Below are positions 51,500 to 64,000 of a DNA stretch of 64,000 bases, in pieces. The position numbers and the translations under genes were made by a program. The notes beneath the pieces were generated by a model. That model made no database searches. It saw nothing but the letters and a program-made list of their open reading frames with translations, and had not been told where the DNA came from. The number at the start of each line of letters is the position of its first letter. The stretch's first letter is position 1. Origin of the DNA: Raja brachyura (Eukaryota); the NCBI GenBank assembly GCA_963514005.1, contig OY740792.1, positions 27,466,001 to 27,530,000 of the forward strand. The letters run 5' to 3'.

Positions 51500-51860
51500 A
51501 GAATTAGGCCATTCAGCCCATTAAGGTTACTCTGCCATTCAATCATGGCTTATCTATCTTTCCCTCTTAACCCCATTCTCCTGCCCTCTCCCCCATAACC
51601 CTTGACACCGGTACTAATCAAGAATCTGTCAATCTCCGCTGTAAAAATATCCATTGACTTGGCCTCCACAGCTGTCTGCGGCAATGAATTCCACAGATTC
51701 ACCACCCTCTGACTAAAGAAATTCCTCCTCATCTCCTTTTTAAAGGAACGTCCATTTATTCTGATCTGGACCTAGACTCTCCCACTAGTGGAAACATCCT
51801 CTCCACATGCACCCTATCCAGGCCTTCCACTATTTGGTAAGTTTCAATTAGGTTCCCCCA
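51500..51860 (-). mobile_element. CR1 3' fragment
   Basis: MRRNFFSQRVVNLWNSLP.. Confidence 0.8.
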
Positions 51861-52669
51861 CTCTTCCTTTGAAACACAAGAGAAGACTCTGAACTCAAGG
51901 GGCATCATCCTCTGCTCAGCCCTCACTGCACTATTTGTGGCAATTATGGTTATGAGATTACCCTTGGCAGTCTAGGGCATGGAGTCTCCCCACCGTAAGA
52001 TCATGTGGTTCCCAGGCCAGCGTTTGTGGCACAGCTTCACGCCCATCGGTGTTTTAAACAGCAGCAGAGAGGCAGAGGGAGTGAGACAGACGGAGATTTG
52101 ATAATTGTGTTTGTCTTACATTCAAACTGACTGCCGCAGAGGCGCTGAGACCACGCTGTGAGCTCTGAGTGACTTAGTCCCTTCAAGCTGGAAGGCGACC
52201 TTGGAAAACCAAGGCTCACGAGCACGGCTACTCTCTTATTTACACCTCTGACCCAGTACATTAAACATTAACTTTCACATTATCATATTCACAATGCAGG
52301 GTGGTGTTTACAGATTTACTGCAAGCAGGTGCACATACACACACTGCATAGTCTGAAACAGTGCAAATGCTACGGCAGCCTCTGGCACTCTATAGGCAGG
52401 CCAGAGATATATTTTGTAAGCAATCCCTGTCCACTTTAGATTCAGTCGATACCCACTGCCAACATTCTTAATTCTCAAGGACTAAAATATGCCCTCCATA
52501 TTCACAAAGCTCGTGGCTATTCAACAGAAAACAGAGGAATTCAGGGTCACTGTTCTAGCCAACTTCCTATCACAATTTGAGATCAAGGCTAGTATTCTGA
52601 CCCTTTCCCCCTCCATAATCCAGTGGCCAGGATATTTGTGTTTGTCTTACATTCAAATTAACTGCATCA

Positions 52670-52955
52670 GACGTGCAACGTGATCGTTTCGTTGAATACC
52701 TCCACTCAGTCCACCTTAACCTACCTGATCTCCCACTTGCTCAGCACTTTAACTCCCCCTCCCATTCCCAATCTGACCCATTCTGTCCTGGGCCTCCTCC
52801 ATTGTCAGAGTGAGGCCCGGTGCAAATTGGAAGAACAGCATCTCATATTTCACTTGGTTAGCTTACACTCCAGCGGTATGAATATTGACTTCTCTAACTT
52901 GCTTTCCCTCTCTCTCCATCCACCCCCCCCTTCCCAGTTCTCCCACCAGTCTTAC
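52670..52955 (+). mobile_element. Penelope 3' remnant
   Basis: SVLGLLHCQSEARCKLEEQHLIFHL matches 57760-57850. Confidence 0.65.
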
Positions 52956-52959
52956 TGCT

Positions 52960-53930
52960 GGAGATGCTGGAGTCCATTATAAAAGATGAAATATTGGCAC
53001 ATTTGGATAGCAGTAACAGGATCGGTCCAAGTCAGCATGGATTTACGAAGGGGAAATCATGCTTGACTAATCTTCTGGAATTTTTTGAGGATGTAAATAG
53101 GAAAATGGACCAGGGAGAGCCAGTGGATGTAGTGTACCGGGACTTTCAGAAAGCCTTTGATTAGGTCCCACATAGGAGATTAGTGGGCAAAATTAGAGCA
53201 CATGGTATTGGGGGTAGGGTACTGACATGGATAGAAAATTGGTTGGCAGACAGGAAACAAAGAGTAGGGATTAACGGGTCCCTTTAAGAATGGCAGGCAG
53301 TGACTAGTGGGATGCCGCAAGGTTCGGTGCTGGGCCGCAGCTATTTACAATATACATTAATGATTTAGACGAAGGGATCAAATGTATCATTAGCAAATTT
53401 GCAGATGACACAAAGCTGGGTGGCAGTGTGAACTGTGAGGAGGATGCTATGAGGCTGCAGGGTGACTTGGACAGGTTAGGTGAGGGGGCAGATGCATGGC
53501 AGGTGCAGTTTAATGTGGATAAATGTGAGGTTATCCACTTTGGTGCAAGAACAGGAAGGCAGATTATTATTTGAATGGTGTCAAGTTTGGAAAAGGGGAA
53601 GTGCAATGAGATCTGGGGGTCCTTGTTCATCAGTTACAGCAGGCAGTGAAGAAAGCTAATGGCATGTTGGCCTTCATAACAAGAGGAGCTGTGTATAGGA
53701 GCAAAGAGGTCCTTCTGCAGTTCTACAGGGCCCTAGTGAGACCATGCCTGAGTATCGTGTGCAGTTTTGGTCTCCAAATTTGAGGAAGGACATTCTTGTT
53801 ATTGAGGGAGTGCAGCGTAGTTAATTCCCGGGATGGCGGGACTGTTAATTCACGGGATGGCGGGACTGTTAATTCCCGGGATGGCGGGACTGTTATATGT
53901 TGATAGAATGGAGCAACCAACTGGGCTTGT
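52960..53930 (+). mobile_element. CR1 RT fragment
   Basis: [24 protein letters not shown]; contains a 24-bp triplication at 53820-53891. Confidence 0.9.
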
Positions 53931-54831
53931 ATAATGTTCTTCCACAACAAAGACGATATGACTAGGTTAGTCTACTAATCTGTAAACTTGCTGACCACAT
54001 CACTGCAGATCACTGGGATTGAACTGGAACGCATCATTTGTGTGACTATCCTCCATTCCCTACATTCCTAATGAAAATACCTGGCTTGGATTGCGAAATG
54101 TTTGCCATAGTTTCTGTCACAAACTTTGTCTTCCAGTCTGACTGTGTTAACCGACTCTGCCTTCAAGCGCACAATGAAGTGGTGTGACTCTTGTCAAATA
54201 TCCTGCCCCAGATGTAACTTGCTGACTGATACAGTTTTCGGCTGCAACTTTGTCTGCTAATTGGCAAAATCCGTGCCATTCCTTGGTCTGCCTGAGAAGA
54301 TAGCAGCGGATCTTGCTGTTACTTTTCTGACACTTCAGAATGCGTTTAAGAATCAACTACACTGGTGCAGGAATGGAATCATTTGCAGCCCAGACTGGGT
54401 TATGGTAGCAGTTTGCTGGCTCAACAGATATTAGCTGTGCATCAATCCACCAGCTCCCCAATACCATTACCAAGTTCAGATTTTTCATTTCAAATACCAT
54501 TAAGATTGCAGTCAAATTTTCCAACAGCCAAGATGGGAATTGAACTCGCATTCCCTGCATTATTAGTCCAGCAATATGACCACAACACAATCTTGTGGTG
54601 TGCGTTTTCCACTGTTATGTCAGTCTTCTCTCTAGACTTGGCCAAGGAGACAGTAATTTACGAAACGTTCCGAGTTATCGAGACTCTGAAAGAAAAAGCT
54701 CTGACTCTCAGTCTTGCACACACATCCACCCAGCCTCGGGACTTCAAGGGTGGGTCTCGGGCTTCATGACAGCTTGAATTTAATGTCAAAGACCTGAATA
54801 CAAGTCATTCAGAGACCAAAAGCATGTTCTT

Positions 54832-55054
54832 GGGTACACAAACTGCTGGAGAAACTCAGCGGGGGCAGCAGCATCAATGGAGCGAAGGAGATAGGTAACG
54901 TTTCAGGGGACGTGTCCTGACCCAGTCTGAAGAAGGGTCTCGACCCGAAACGTTGCCTATCTCCTTCGCTCCATAGATGCTGCTGCACCCGCTGAGTTTC
55001 TCCAGCATTTTGTGTACCCTCGATTTTCCAGCATCTGCAGTTCCTTCTTTAACA
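54832..55054. mobile_element. Fold-back hammerhead-core element with 15-bp TSD
   Basis: Core at 54927-54954; CAAAAGCATGTTCTT at 54817-54831 and 55055-55069. Confidence 0.75.
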
Positions 55055-56182
55055 CAAAAGCATGTTCTTATTGAGTGGCAGTCTTGCCTTGAGGGGTTAA
55101 ATGGCCAACTCCTGCTCCTAAATTGGCTTTTCAGTTAACATTTACAGATACTGTGACACTCCAATTCACACACTACAGCTCTTTGTACTGTAATGATAAA
55201 GTGTTACAGCAAGATGGTCCTGACCTACTTTAAAGGCATGAAAAAGCACTTAGCAAAACATTGGCAGAAATTTCTAACACTTCACAAACATAAAAAACAG
55301 CTTAGATTTTACTGCATCAAGGTAGTAAAATGTCCCAAAGAAGAAATGTCATTGAACAAGACCCAACCCTAGAGGTACACGGAGCACAGTAACTGAGGGA
55401 GGTTTGAAAAGAACACTTTTAAAATCAATGGAGAGTCAGTGGAATTTAAAAGAGGAGTGGCAGAGCTTGGAGCTGCGTCTGTGGATAGTGTGGGGGCATG
55501 GTTGCCAATGGATGTCACAACCATGAAGGGTGTCACTACTTAAGTGAGATATTAATGACAAGAGGTTCAAGTCACCTGACTGGAAATTTACTTCCCAACA
55601 AATAACGTTAGTACTGCTTCCCATCCAATGGGATGTTAAAAGCAGTTTAGTTTAGTTTAGAGATGCAGCATGTAAACAGGCCCTTGGTCCATGCCAACCA
55701 TTTCACTAGTTCTACATTATGCCAGTTTCAGATCCACTCCCTACACACTCAGGGCAATTTACAGAGGCAAATTAACCTACAAACCCGCACACCTTTGGGA
55801 TTTTTTCCTGAAGCAAGGAATTACCCGAAACATTACCTGACCACTACCCACCTCGTTCACACCTGGGATCCGCCTTAATCCAGACAACATTACAGCAAGA
55901 CCTGGCCTATTTACTCTCTGCACTTTACATCTCAAAGCTGGAGCTGAGACTGGGGTACAAGATGACCGTCCACCCCTCCTACTCCATCTCAGACCCTGAC
56001 GAGAAGTGGAGCATGACTGAAGAGATAATCCCACTCCTAGAGACTAGCTGTGCACTCAGAAAGGCCAGTCACTTAAACAGCACTCTGGGGCTGAGAGATT
56101 CGAAATATAATTAAATGCAACTCTAAAATAGCAATGTGGAATTGAAAAGCATGCAGAAAAATCACTATCACAGGGAACTTAC

Positions 56183-56470
56183 CCTCTTCTGTTGGGCAAA
56201 TTACACCCTCAGCAGGAAGTTTCCACAACTCTGAAGTGCTAAGTCAGAGAAGTCTCTTGACAACACACTTAACCTCAACCCCTCGCTTCAGAGCAGCGAG
56301 CTCACAATGCACGTTTTCTACAGCGGGCTGGAATTGCTGGAATGATTCACTCAAGTGACAATCCCACAGCTATTCCACCCACAAACCTCTCTCTCTCTCT
56401 CTCTGTTTCATTCCCTCCCTCTCTCCCTCACTGACTGCCCCACCCATCCCACGAAGCTGATTGGCTGACG
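56183..56470 (-). promoter_or_regulatory. Candidate internal SHROOM2 promoter and non-coding first exon
   Basis: AGG|GTAAGT donor at 56182; AGCCAATCAG CCAAT box (56457-56466) and CACCC box upstream; no recognisable transposon sequence in this stretch. Confidence 0.35.
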
Positions 56471-56729
56471 GTCCACATCAGAGCACTGACTGCTCTGACC
56501 TCATCCTGTCAAAAGGCTGAGATAATCCTGGACTTCAGCTTTGCTGTGAAAAGACTTTCCCTTCAAAAAGTTCCACATATACTTTGAAAAGGGTGAAAGA
56601 AAATGTGCACATTAAAGCCAAAAGCATTTAGCAGTCCTGAGTTTGTGGCTTCCATTCTCAAAACTGCTCATTCCACATACACCCTTATAAATTAACCCAA
56701 TTCCCCACAACTGATAATCTGCTCCACGT

Positions 56730-57890
56730 GGCAGAACTTGTCCTCACCTGCCAACAACTTCTCTAGATTCATCTCACTTTCTTCAAGTTAAAGGTGTTAG
56801 CCATGGGCACTCGCATGGGCCCCAGCCATGCCTGCCATTTACTGGTTATGTCGAAGAATCCTTGTTCCAAACGTACCCAGGCACCATGCCCCAACTCTTT
56901 CTTCACTACATCGGCAACTGCATCAGGGCTGCCTCCTGCATCCATACTGAACTCAACATAGACACAAAAAGCTGAAGTAACTCAGCGAGACAGGTAGCAT
57001 CTAGAGAGAAGGAATGGGTGTTGTTTCGGGTCGGGACCCTTCTTCATACCGAACTCGTTGATTTCATTAACTTTACCCGGAGCTTCCACCCTACCCTCAC
57101 ATTCATTTGGACTTTGACACCTCTCTCTCCTTTCTTGATCTCTGTCTCCATCACAGGGGAGGGACTATAAACTGATGTTTACTACAAACCCACCGACACC
57201 CACTGTTTTTTCGACTACACCTCCTGCCACCCTGTCTCTTGCAAAGATGCTATTCCTACTCTCAATTTCTTTGCCTCTGCCGCATCTGCTCCCAAGATGA
57301 CGTTTTCCTTTCTAGGACATCCGAGGTGTCCTCTTTCTTTAGTAAACAAGGTTTCCCCGCCAGCTGTCATAGACGAACCCCTCACCCACATCCCCTCTGT
57401 GTTCCATAGTTCTGTTCTCACACCTTCTCCGCCCAGACTGAACAAGGATAGTGTTCCCCTGGTCCTTACCTTTCACCCACCAGCCTCTGCTTCCAACACA
57501 TAATTTTCTAACATTTCCACCACATTCAATGTGATCTTGCCAGTAGCCACATCTTCCCATCCCAGAGGTTCATGTGCACCTCCTCTAACCTTACCTGCTA
57601 CATTTGGTTTTCCCGATGTAGCCTATTTTACATCCGGGAGACCGAGCATAGACTACGTGACTGTTTCGCCAAACACTCGCTGTTGGTCCACCATGGCCTA
57701 CTGGATCTCCTGATTGTTAACTGGTATAACTCCTCTACCCATTCCCATACTGACCTTTCTGGCCTGGGCCTCCTCCATTGCCAGAGTGAGGCCACACACA
57801 AACTGGAGGAACAGCACCTCATATTCCACTTGCATAGCTTACACCTAATGGTATGAACATTGAATTCTCCAATTGTAGTTAACTAATCCA
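56730..57890 (+). mobile_element. Penelope-like element remnant (RT and GIY-YIG endonuclease)
   Basis: AMGTRMGPS RT motif; CTSSNL..I..SRC..FYI.ET..RL..F.KH GIY-YIG-like segment; interrupted at 56955-57044 by a short element with a 12-bp TSD. Confidence 0.8.
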
Positions 57891-59719
57891 CAAACAACCC
57901 TTCGTTCCATTCCCATCCCCCTACCCTGTACCCCACCTGGACATACCCCATTTATCTCCTCCCAGTGTGGGGGTACATGGAAAGTGGTAATGGAAGCAGA
58001 CACCATAGTGGCTTTTATGAGGCTAGCAGACAAGCATAATATGGTTATGGAGGTAATGGAGGGATATGGATCACATGCAGGCAAGGCAGATTAGTTTAAC
58101 TTGGCGTCATGTTGGGTTTAGACATTGTGGGCCAGAGCCTGCTCCCGTGCTGTACTGTTCTATGTTCCATCAGTAATGGGGAGAAAATAGACACCAGGGG
58201 AGTGCATGGGATCACAATCGAAAGAGTATAGTGATCAGATTGAAGGTACGTCCAGAGATAGGGAGTGGCCAGACCAAAGAGTGGAACACAATGGGAATAT
58301 TTTAAACTGCATCAATAAAGGTGATAAAGAAAAACAATTACCATTGGTCGATTCAAAAACCTTGGTATTCTCTTATTACTTAACAACGTAATAAACAGGC
58401 TTATCAGCCCCAAATTAACGAGAAGCAATCGTCCGCACTGGATGACACATCAGGAACCAGCAAATAGAGTTTTACGGTAATTGGTGAAAGAATTAGCTCA
58501 AATGAATGTTTTTGTTGTCATGAAGTAGCTGATTCAAGGGCAACTTTCAAACTGGAATGGGACACATGGAAGTGCACAGAAAGGAAAAAGCTAGAGGGGC
58601 TGTGTAAGGAAAAGGTTTTCATTTATTTAGTGACTTTCACATTCCTTAAAGGAAATGATGTTGTTATGATATTCGGGTATTGAATTATCACAACAGCCAG
58701 TGCTTTTTTTGGGGGGGGGCAAAAATGTACCTGTAATGCATATTTATCCTTGCTTTTGGTATAAATGGTGGCTCATTGTCATTTAAGCTACTTGCTATTT
58801 CAGAGCATGACTGCCTAATTAAATATTTTTAAAATTGTTTTTAATTTAGCCATTATTTGGGAATATTTCAAATGTTAAAAACAAAATGTCACACTTCTAA
58901 AGGTGCCAGTACCCTGTAGCATCGCTGCACTGACAACAGCCATTTTGTACATAGATTGTACAAAGGTAATCATAGCTAAATGAGTAGGAAGAGAATGGGG
59001 GTGAGGTGGGGGGTGAGTAGAGGGACAAACAGTGTGTTCCTTTCCTATTTCTCTCAGGCATAGATGGGCTCTTGTGCTGGGAGATTCTGGGGATATTTAG
59101 GCTGAGTTTTGTTCTGCTACCTGTGGTTTTACAAAGTGATGCTTTGAAAATGGATTCCAAATTTTATGAGGTTAGACGATAAAAAAGTTAGACGAAAGCA
59201 AAAAGTGGGCCAAATAGAAGATGTAAAATATTGCAGTTGTTTGACGGCTATCAGTTACTCATTTCCCACAGCTCTTTGATTATTTCCCAGGTTATCTTGT
59301 ATTGTGATAACAAACACACCCACTCCAAGAGCTTCTCAGTACCGTGCAAACATGAACGTTGGTCCTGAATTTTAACCCTAGACTCAGAGAATGATTGGCA
59401 TTGAGAGCTTTATCACCTGAGAGAGCTTGGGTTGTGGAGATGGAGGTTCCTCAAATCAGGCAGAGCTGACCAGCTGCACAGGCAAACTAATTTGGTTCAC
59501 TTTAGATTAGTTTAGAGATACTGAACAGAAACAGCCCTTTCAGCCCACCGAGTCCGCACCGACCAGCAATACCCGCACATTAACACTATCTTACGCATAC
59601 TAGGGAAATTTACATTTATACCAAGCCAACCAAGTCAATTAACCTACAGGCCTGTATGTCTTTGGAGTGTGGGAGGAAGATCTCGGAGAAAACCCACGCG
59701 GTCACGGGGAGAATGTACA

Positions 59720-62668
59720 TAGAAACATAGAAAATAGGTGCAGGAGTAGGCCATTCGGCCCTTCGAGCCTGCACCGCCATTCAATGTGATCATGGCTGAT
59801 CATCCAACTCAGTATCCCGTACCTGCCTTCTCTCCATACCCCCTGATCCCTTTAGCCACAAGTGCCACATCTAACGCCCTCTTAAATATAGCCAATGAAC
59901 TGGCCTCAACTACCTTCTGTGGCAGAGAATTCCAGAGACTCACCACTCTCTGTGTAAAGAATGTTTTCCTCATTTCGGTCCTAAAGGAATTCCCCCTTAT
60001 CCTTAGACTGTGACCCCTTGTTCTGGACTCCCCCAACATCGGGAACAATCTTCCAGCATCTAGCTTGTCCAACCCCTTAAGAATTTTGTAGGTTTCTATA
60101 AGATCCCCCCTCAATCTTCTAAATTCCATCGAGTACAAACCGAGTCTATCCAATCTTTCCTCATATGAAAGTCCTGACATCCATCAGTCTGGTGAATCTT
60201 CTCTGTACCCCCTCTATGGCAAGGATGTCTTTCCTCAGATTTGGAGACCAAAACTGTACGCAGTACTCCAGGTGTGGCCTCACCAAAACCCTGTACAACT
60301 GTAGTAGAACCTCCCTGCTCCTATACTCAAATCCTTTCGCTATGAATGCTAACATACCATTTGCTTTCTTCACTGCCTGCTGCACCTGCATGCCTACTTT
60401 CAATGACTGGTGTACCATGACACCCAGGTCTCGTTGCATCTCCCCCTTACCTAATCTGCCACCATTCAGATAATAGTCTACCCTCATGTTTTTGCCACCA
60501 AAGTGGATAACCTCACATTTATCCACATTGTACTGCATCTGCCATGCATCTGCCCATTCACTCAGCCTATCCAAATCACCCTGCAGCCTCCAAGCATCCT
60601 CCTCACACCTAACTATACCCCCCAGCTTGGTATCATCTGCAAATTTGGAGATGTTGCATTGAATTCCCTCGTCCAAATCATTAATATATATTGTAAATAG
60701 CTGGGGTCCCAGCACTGAGCCTTGCGGCACCCCACTAGTCACTGCCTGCCATTCTGAAAAGGACCCGTTTACTCCTACCCTTTGCCTCCTGTCTGCTAGC
60801 CAGTTCTCTATCCACATCAATACTGAACCCCCAATACCGTGTGCTTTAAGTTTGTATGCTAATCTCTTATGCGGGACCTTGTCGAAAGCCTTCTGAAAGT
60901 CTAGATATAACACATCCACTGGTTCTCCCTTATCCACTCTACTAGTTACATCCTCGAAAAATTCTATCAGATTTGTCAGACATGATTTACCTTTCGTAAA
61001 TCCATGCTGACTTTGTCCAATGATTTCACCACTTTCCAAATGCGCTGCTATCCCATCTTTAATAACTGACTCTAGCAGTTTCCCCACTACCGATGTTAGA
61101 CTAACTGGTCTGTAATTCCCCGCTTTCTCTCTCCCTCCTTTTTTAAAAAGTGGGGTTACATTAGCTACCCTCCAATCCTCAGGAACTACTCCAGAATCTA
61201 AGGAATTTTGAAAAATTATCACTAATGCATCCACTATTTCTGTGGCTACCTCCTTGAGTACTCTGGGATGCAGACTATCTGGCCCTGGGGATTTATCGGC
61301 CTTCAATCCGTTCAATTTACCCAACACCACCTCCCGGCTAACCTGGATTTCACTCAGTTCCTCCATCTTATTTGACCCCCGTTCCACTGCTATTTCCGGC
61401 AGATTATTTATGTCTTCCTTAGTGAAGACAGAACCAAAGTAGTTATTCAATTGGTCTGCCATGTCCTTGTTCCCCATGATCAATTCACCTGTTTCTGACT
61501 GCAAGGGACCAACATTTGTTTTAACTAGTCTCTTTCTCTTTACATATCTATAAAAACATTTGCAGTCAGTTTTTATGTTCCCTGCCAGTTTCCTTTCATA
61601 ATCTATTTTCCCTTTCCTAATTAAGCCCTTTGTCCTCCTCTGCTGGATTCTGAATTTCTCCCAGTCCTCCGGTAGGCTGCTTTTTCTGGCAAATTTGTAT
61701 GCCTCATCTTTTGTTTTTATACTATCCCTGATTTCCCTTGTTATCCATGGATGCACCACCTTCCCCGATTTATTCTTTTGCCAAACTGGTATGAACAACT
61801 TTTGTACTTCATCCATGCAGTCTTTAAATACCTTCCATTGCACATCCACTGTCAACCCTTTAAGAATCACCTGCCAGTCTATCTTGGCCAATTCACATCT
61901 CATACCTTCAAAGTTACCTTTGTTCAAGTTCAGAACCCTTGTTTCTGACTTAATTTTGTCACTCTCCATCCTAATGAAGAACTCAACCATATTATGGTCA
62001 CTCTTGCCCAAGGGGCCACGCACAACAAGACTGCTAACTAACCCTTCCTCATTACTCAATACCCAGTCTAGAATAGCCTGCTCTCTCGTTGGTTCCTCCA
62101 CATGTTGGTTGAGAAAACTATCCCGCATACATTCCAGGAAATCCTCTTCCTCAGCACCCCTGCCAATTTGATTCACCCAATCTACATGCAGATTGAAGTC
62201 ACCCATTATAACCGTGTTACCCTTGTTGCACGCATTTCTAATTTCCTGTTTGATGCCATCCCCAACTCCAATACTACTGTTAGGTGGCCTGTACACAGTT
62301 CCCACTAGCGTTTTCTGCCCCTTAAAGTTTCGCAGCTCTACCCATATCGATTCCACATCCTCCACGCTAATGTCCTCCCTTTCTATTGCATTAATCTCCT
62401 CTCTCACCAGCAACGCTACCCCACCTCCTTTTCCTTTTCGTCTATCCCTCCTGAATATTGAATATCCCTGGATGTTCAGCTCCCAGCCTTGGTCATCCTG
62501 GAGCCAAGTCTCCGTGATTCCAACTATAGCATAGTCATTAATCGCTATCTGCACCTTCAACTCATCCACCTTATTACGAATGCTCCTCGCATTGAGACAC
62601 AAAGCTTTCAGGCTTGTTTTTACAACACTCTTACTCCTTATACAATTATGTATGTATACAAGTATGGA
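59720..62668 (-). mobile_element. Young CR1 LINE with almost complete ORF2 (APE and RT), 5'-truncated, inserted in a SINE
   Basis: About 820 aa open APE+RT (NARSI, ITETW, GDFN, SDH, FADD); 5-bp deletion frameshift at about 60182; (CATAGAAA)n tail; GTACA at 59715-59719 and 62669-62673; SINE halves on both sides. Confidence 0.95.
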
Positions 62669-62961
62669 GTACAAACTCCATACATACAGCACCCATAGTA
62701 GGGATCGGACCCAGGTCTCTGGCACTGTAAACGCTGTAAGGCAGCAACTCTACCGTTTCGCCACCCTGCTGCCCAAACATGTGTTTGAACCTTTATGCTT
62801 GTTTACCCTAGACACTGTTCCCTTGTGTTATATCACTGCATTTAACCTAAAGTATTCTCTTAGTCACTGTCGTATGCTGAAGAAAACTGCAGATTTTGGT
62901 TCTTGTTTGAGAGTCTTGCAGCACAGAATCAGACCATTCGGCCCACCACGTCAATGCTGAC

Positions 62962-64000
62962 CATGCATTTGATAAGGTCCCACAAAGGAGATTAGTGGGC
63001 AAAATTAGGGCACATGGTATTGGGGGTAGAGGGCTGACATGGACGAACCCCTCACAAATTGGTTGGCAGACAGGAAACAAAGTGGGGATTAACGGGGCCC
63101 TTTCAGAATGGCAGGCTCGGTGCTGGGACCGCAGCTATTTACAATATACATCAATGATTTAGATGAAGGGATTCAAAGTAACATTAGCAAATTTGCAGAT
63201 GACACAAAACTGGGTGGCAGTGTGAACTGTGAGGAGGATGCTATGAGAATGCAGGGTGACTTGGACAGGTTGGGTGAGTGGGCAGATGCATGGCAGATGC
63301 AGTTTAATGTGGATAAATGTGAGGTTATCCACTTTGGTAGCAAAAACAGGAAGGCAGATTATTATCTAAATGGTGTCAAGTTGGGAAAAGGGGATGTACA
63401 ACGGGATCTGGGGGTCCTTGTTTATCAGTAAGCATGCAGGTACAGCAGGCAGTGAAGAAAGCGAATGGCATGTTGGTCTTCATAACAATAGGAGAAAAGA
63501 GGTCCTTCTACAGTAGTATAGGGTCCTGGTGAGACCACACCTGGAGTATTGTGTGCAGTTTTGGTCCCCTAATTTCAGGAAGGACATTCTTGCTATAGGA
63601 GGGAGTGCAGCGTAGCTTTACAAGATTAATTCCCGGAGTGGCCGGACTGTCATATGCCGAGATAATGGAGCGACTGGGCTTGTATACTTTGGAGTTTAGA
63701 AGGATGAGAGGGGATCTTGTAGAAACATATAAGATTATTAAGGGTTTGGACACGCTAGAGGCAGGAAACATGTTTCCGATGTTGGGGGAGTCCAGAACCA
63801 GGGGCCACTGTTTAATAATAAGGGGTAAGCCATTTAGAACGGAGACGAGGAAACACTTTTTCACACAGAGAGTTGTGAGTCTGTGGAATTCTCTGCCCCA
63901 GAGGGCGGTAGAGGCAGGTTTTCTGGATACTTTCAAGAGAAAGCTAGATAGGGCTCTAACAAGATAGCAGAGTCAAGGGATATGGGGAGAAGGTAGGAAC
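62962..64000 (+). mobile_element. CR1 3' portion (runs off the window)
   Basis: [24 protein letters not shown]; several small deletions. Confidence 0.9.

Overview
Repeat-rich vertebrate genomic DNA. The CR1, HE1-type SINE and Penelope repeat content suggests a cartilaginous fish such as a skate or ray (inference). Host genes, both on the minus strand: the last five coding exons of SHROOM2 (ASD2/ROCK-binding C-terminus; all splice sites and phases checked by hand) and a single-coding-exon claudin-34 downstream, the same SHROOM2-CLDN34 order as in human. A complete 5.3 kb DIRS1-type tyrosine-recombinase retrotransposon (35143-40437: gag, RT-RNaseH-methyltransferase, YR, ITRs and a perfect internal complementary region) sits inside a CR1 LINE in a SHROOM2 intron. 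It inserted with no target duplication. It carries an HIV-like -1 slippery site, a candidate intron that would remove almost all of pol, and an apparent R-to-Q change in the YR active site. The rest is CR1 LINEs (one nearly intact ORF2), Rex1/RTE/Penelope remnants, HE1/V-type SINEs and Harbinger-like MITEs. There is also a dense family of short Penelope-derived elements that carry a minimal hammerhead-ribozyme core, have 9-15 bp target-site duplications and often occur as fold-back dimers.
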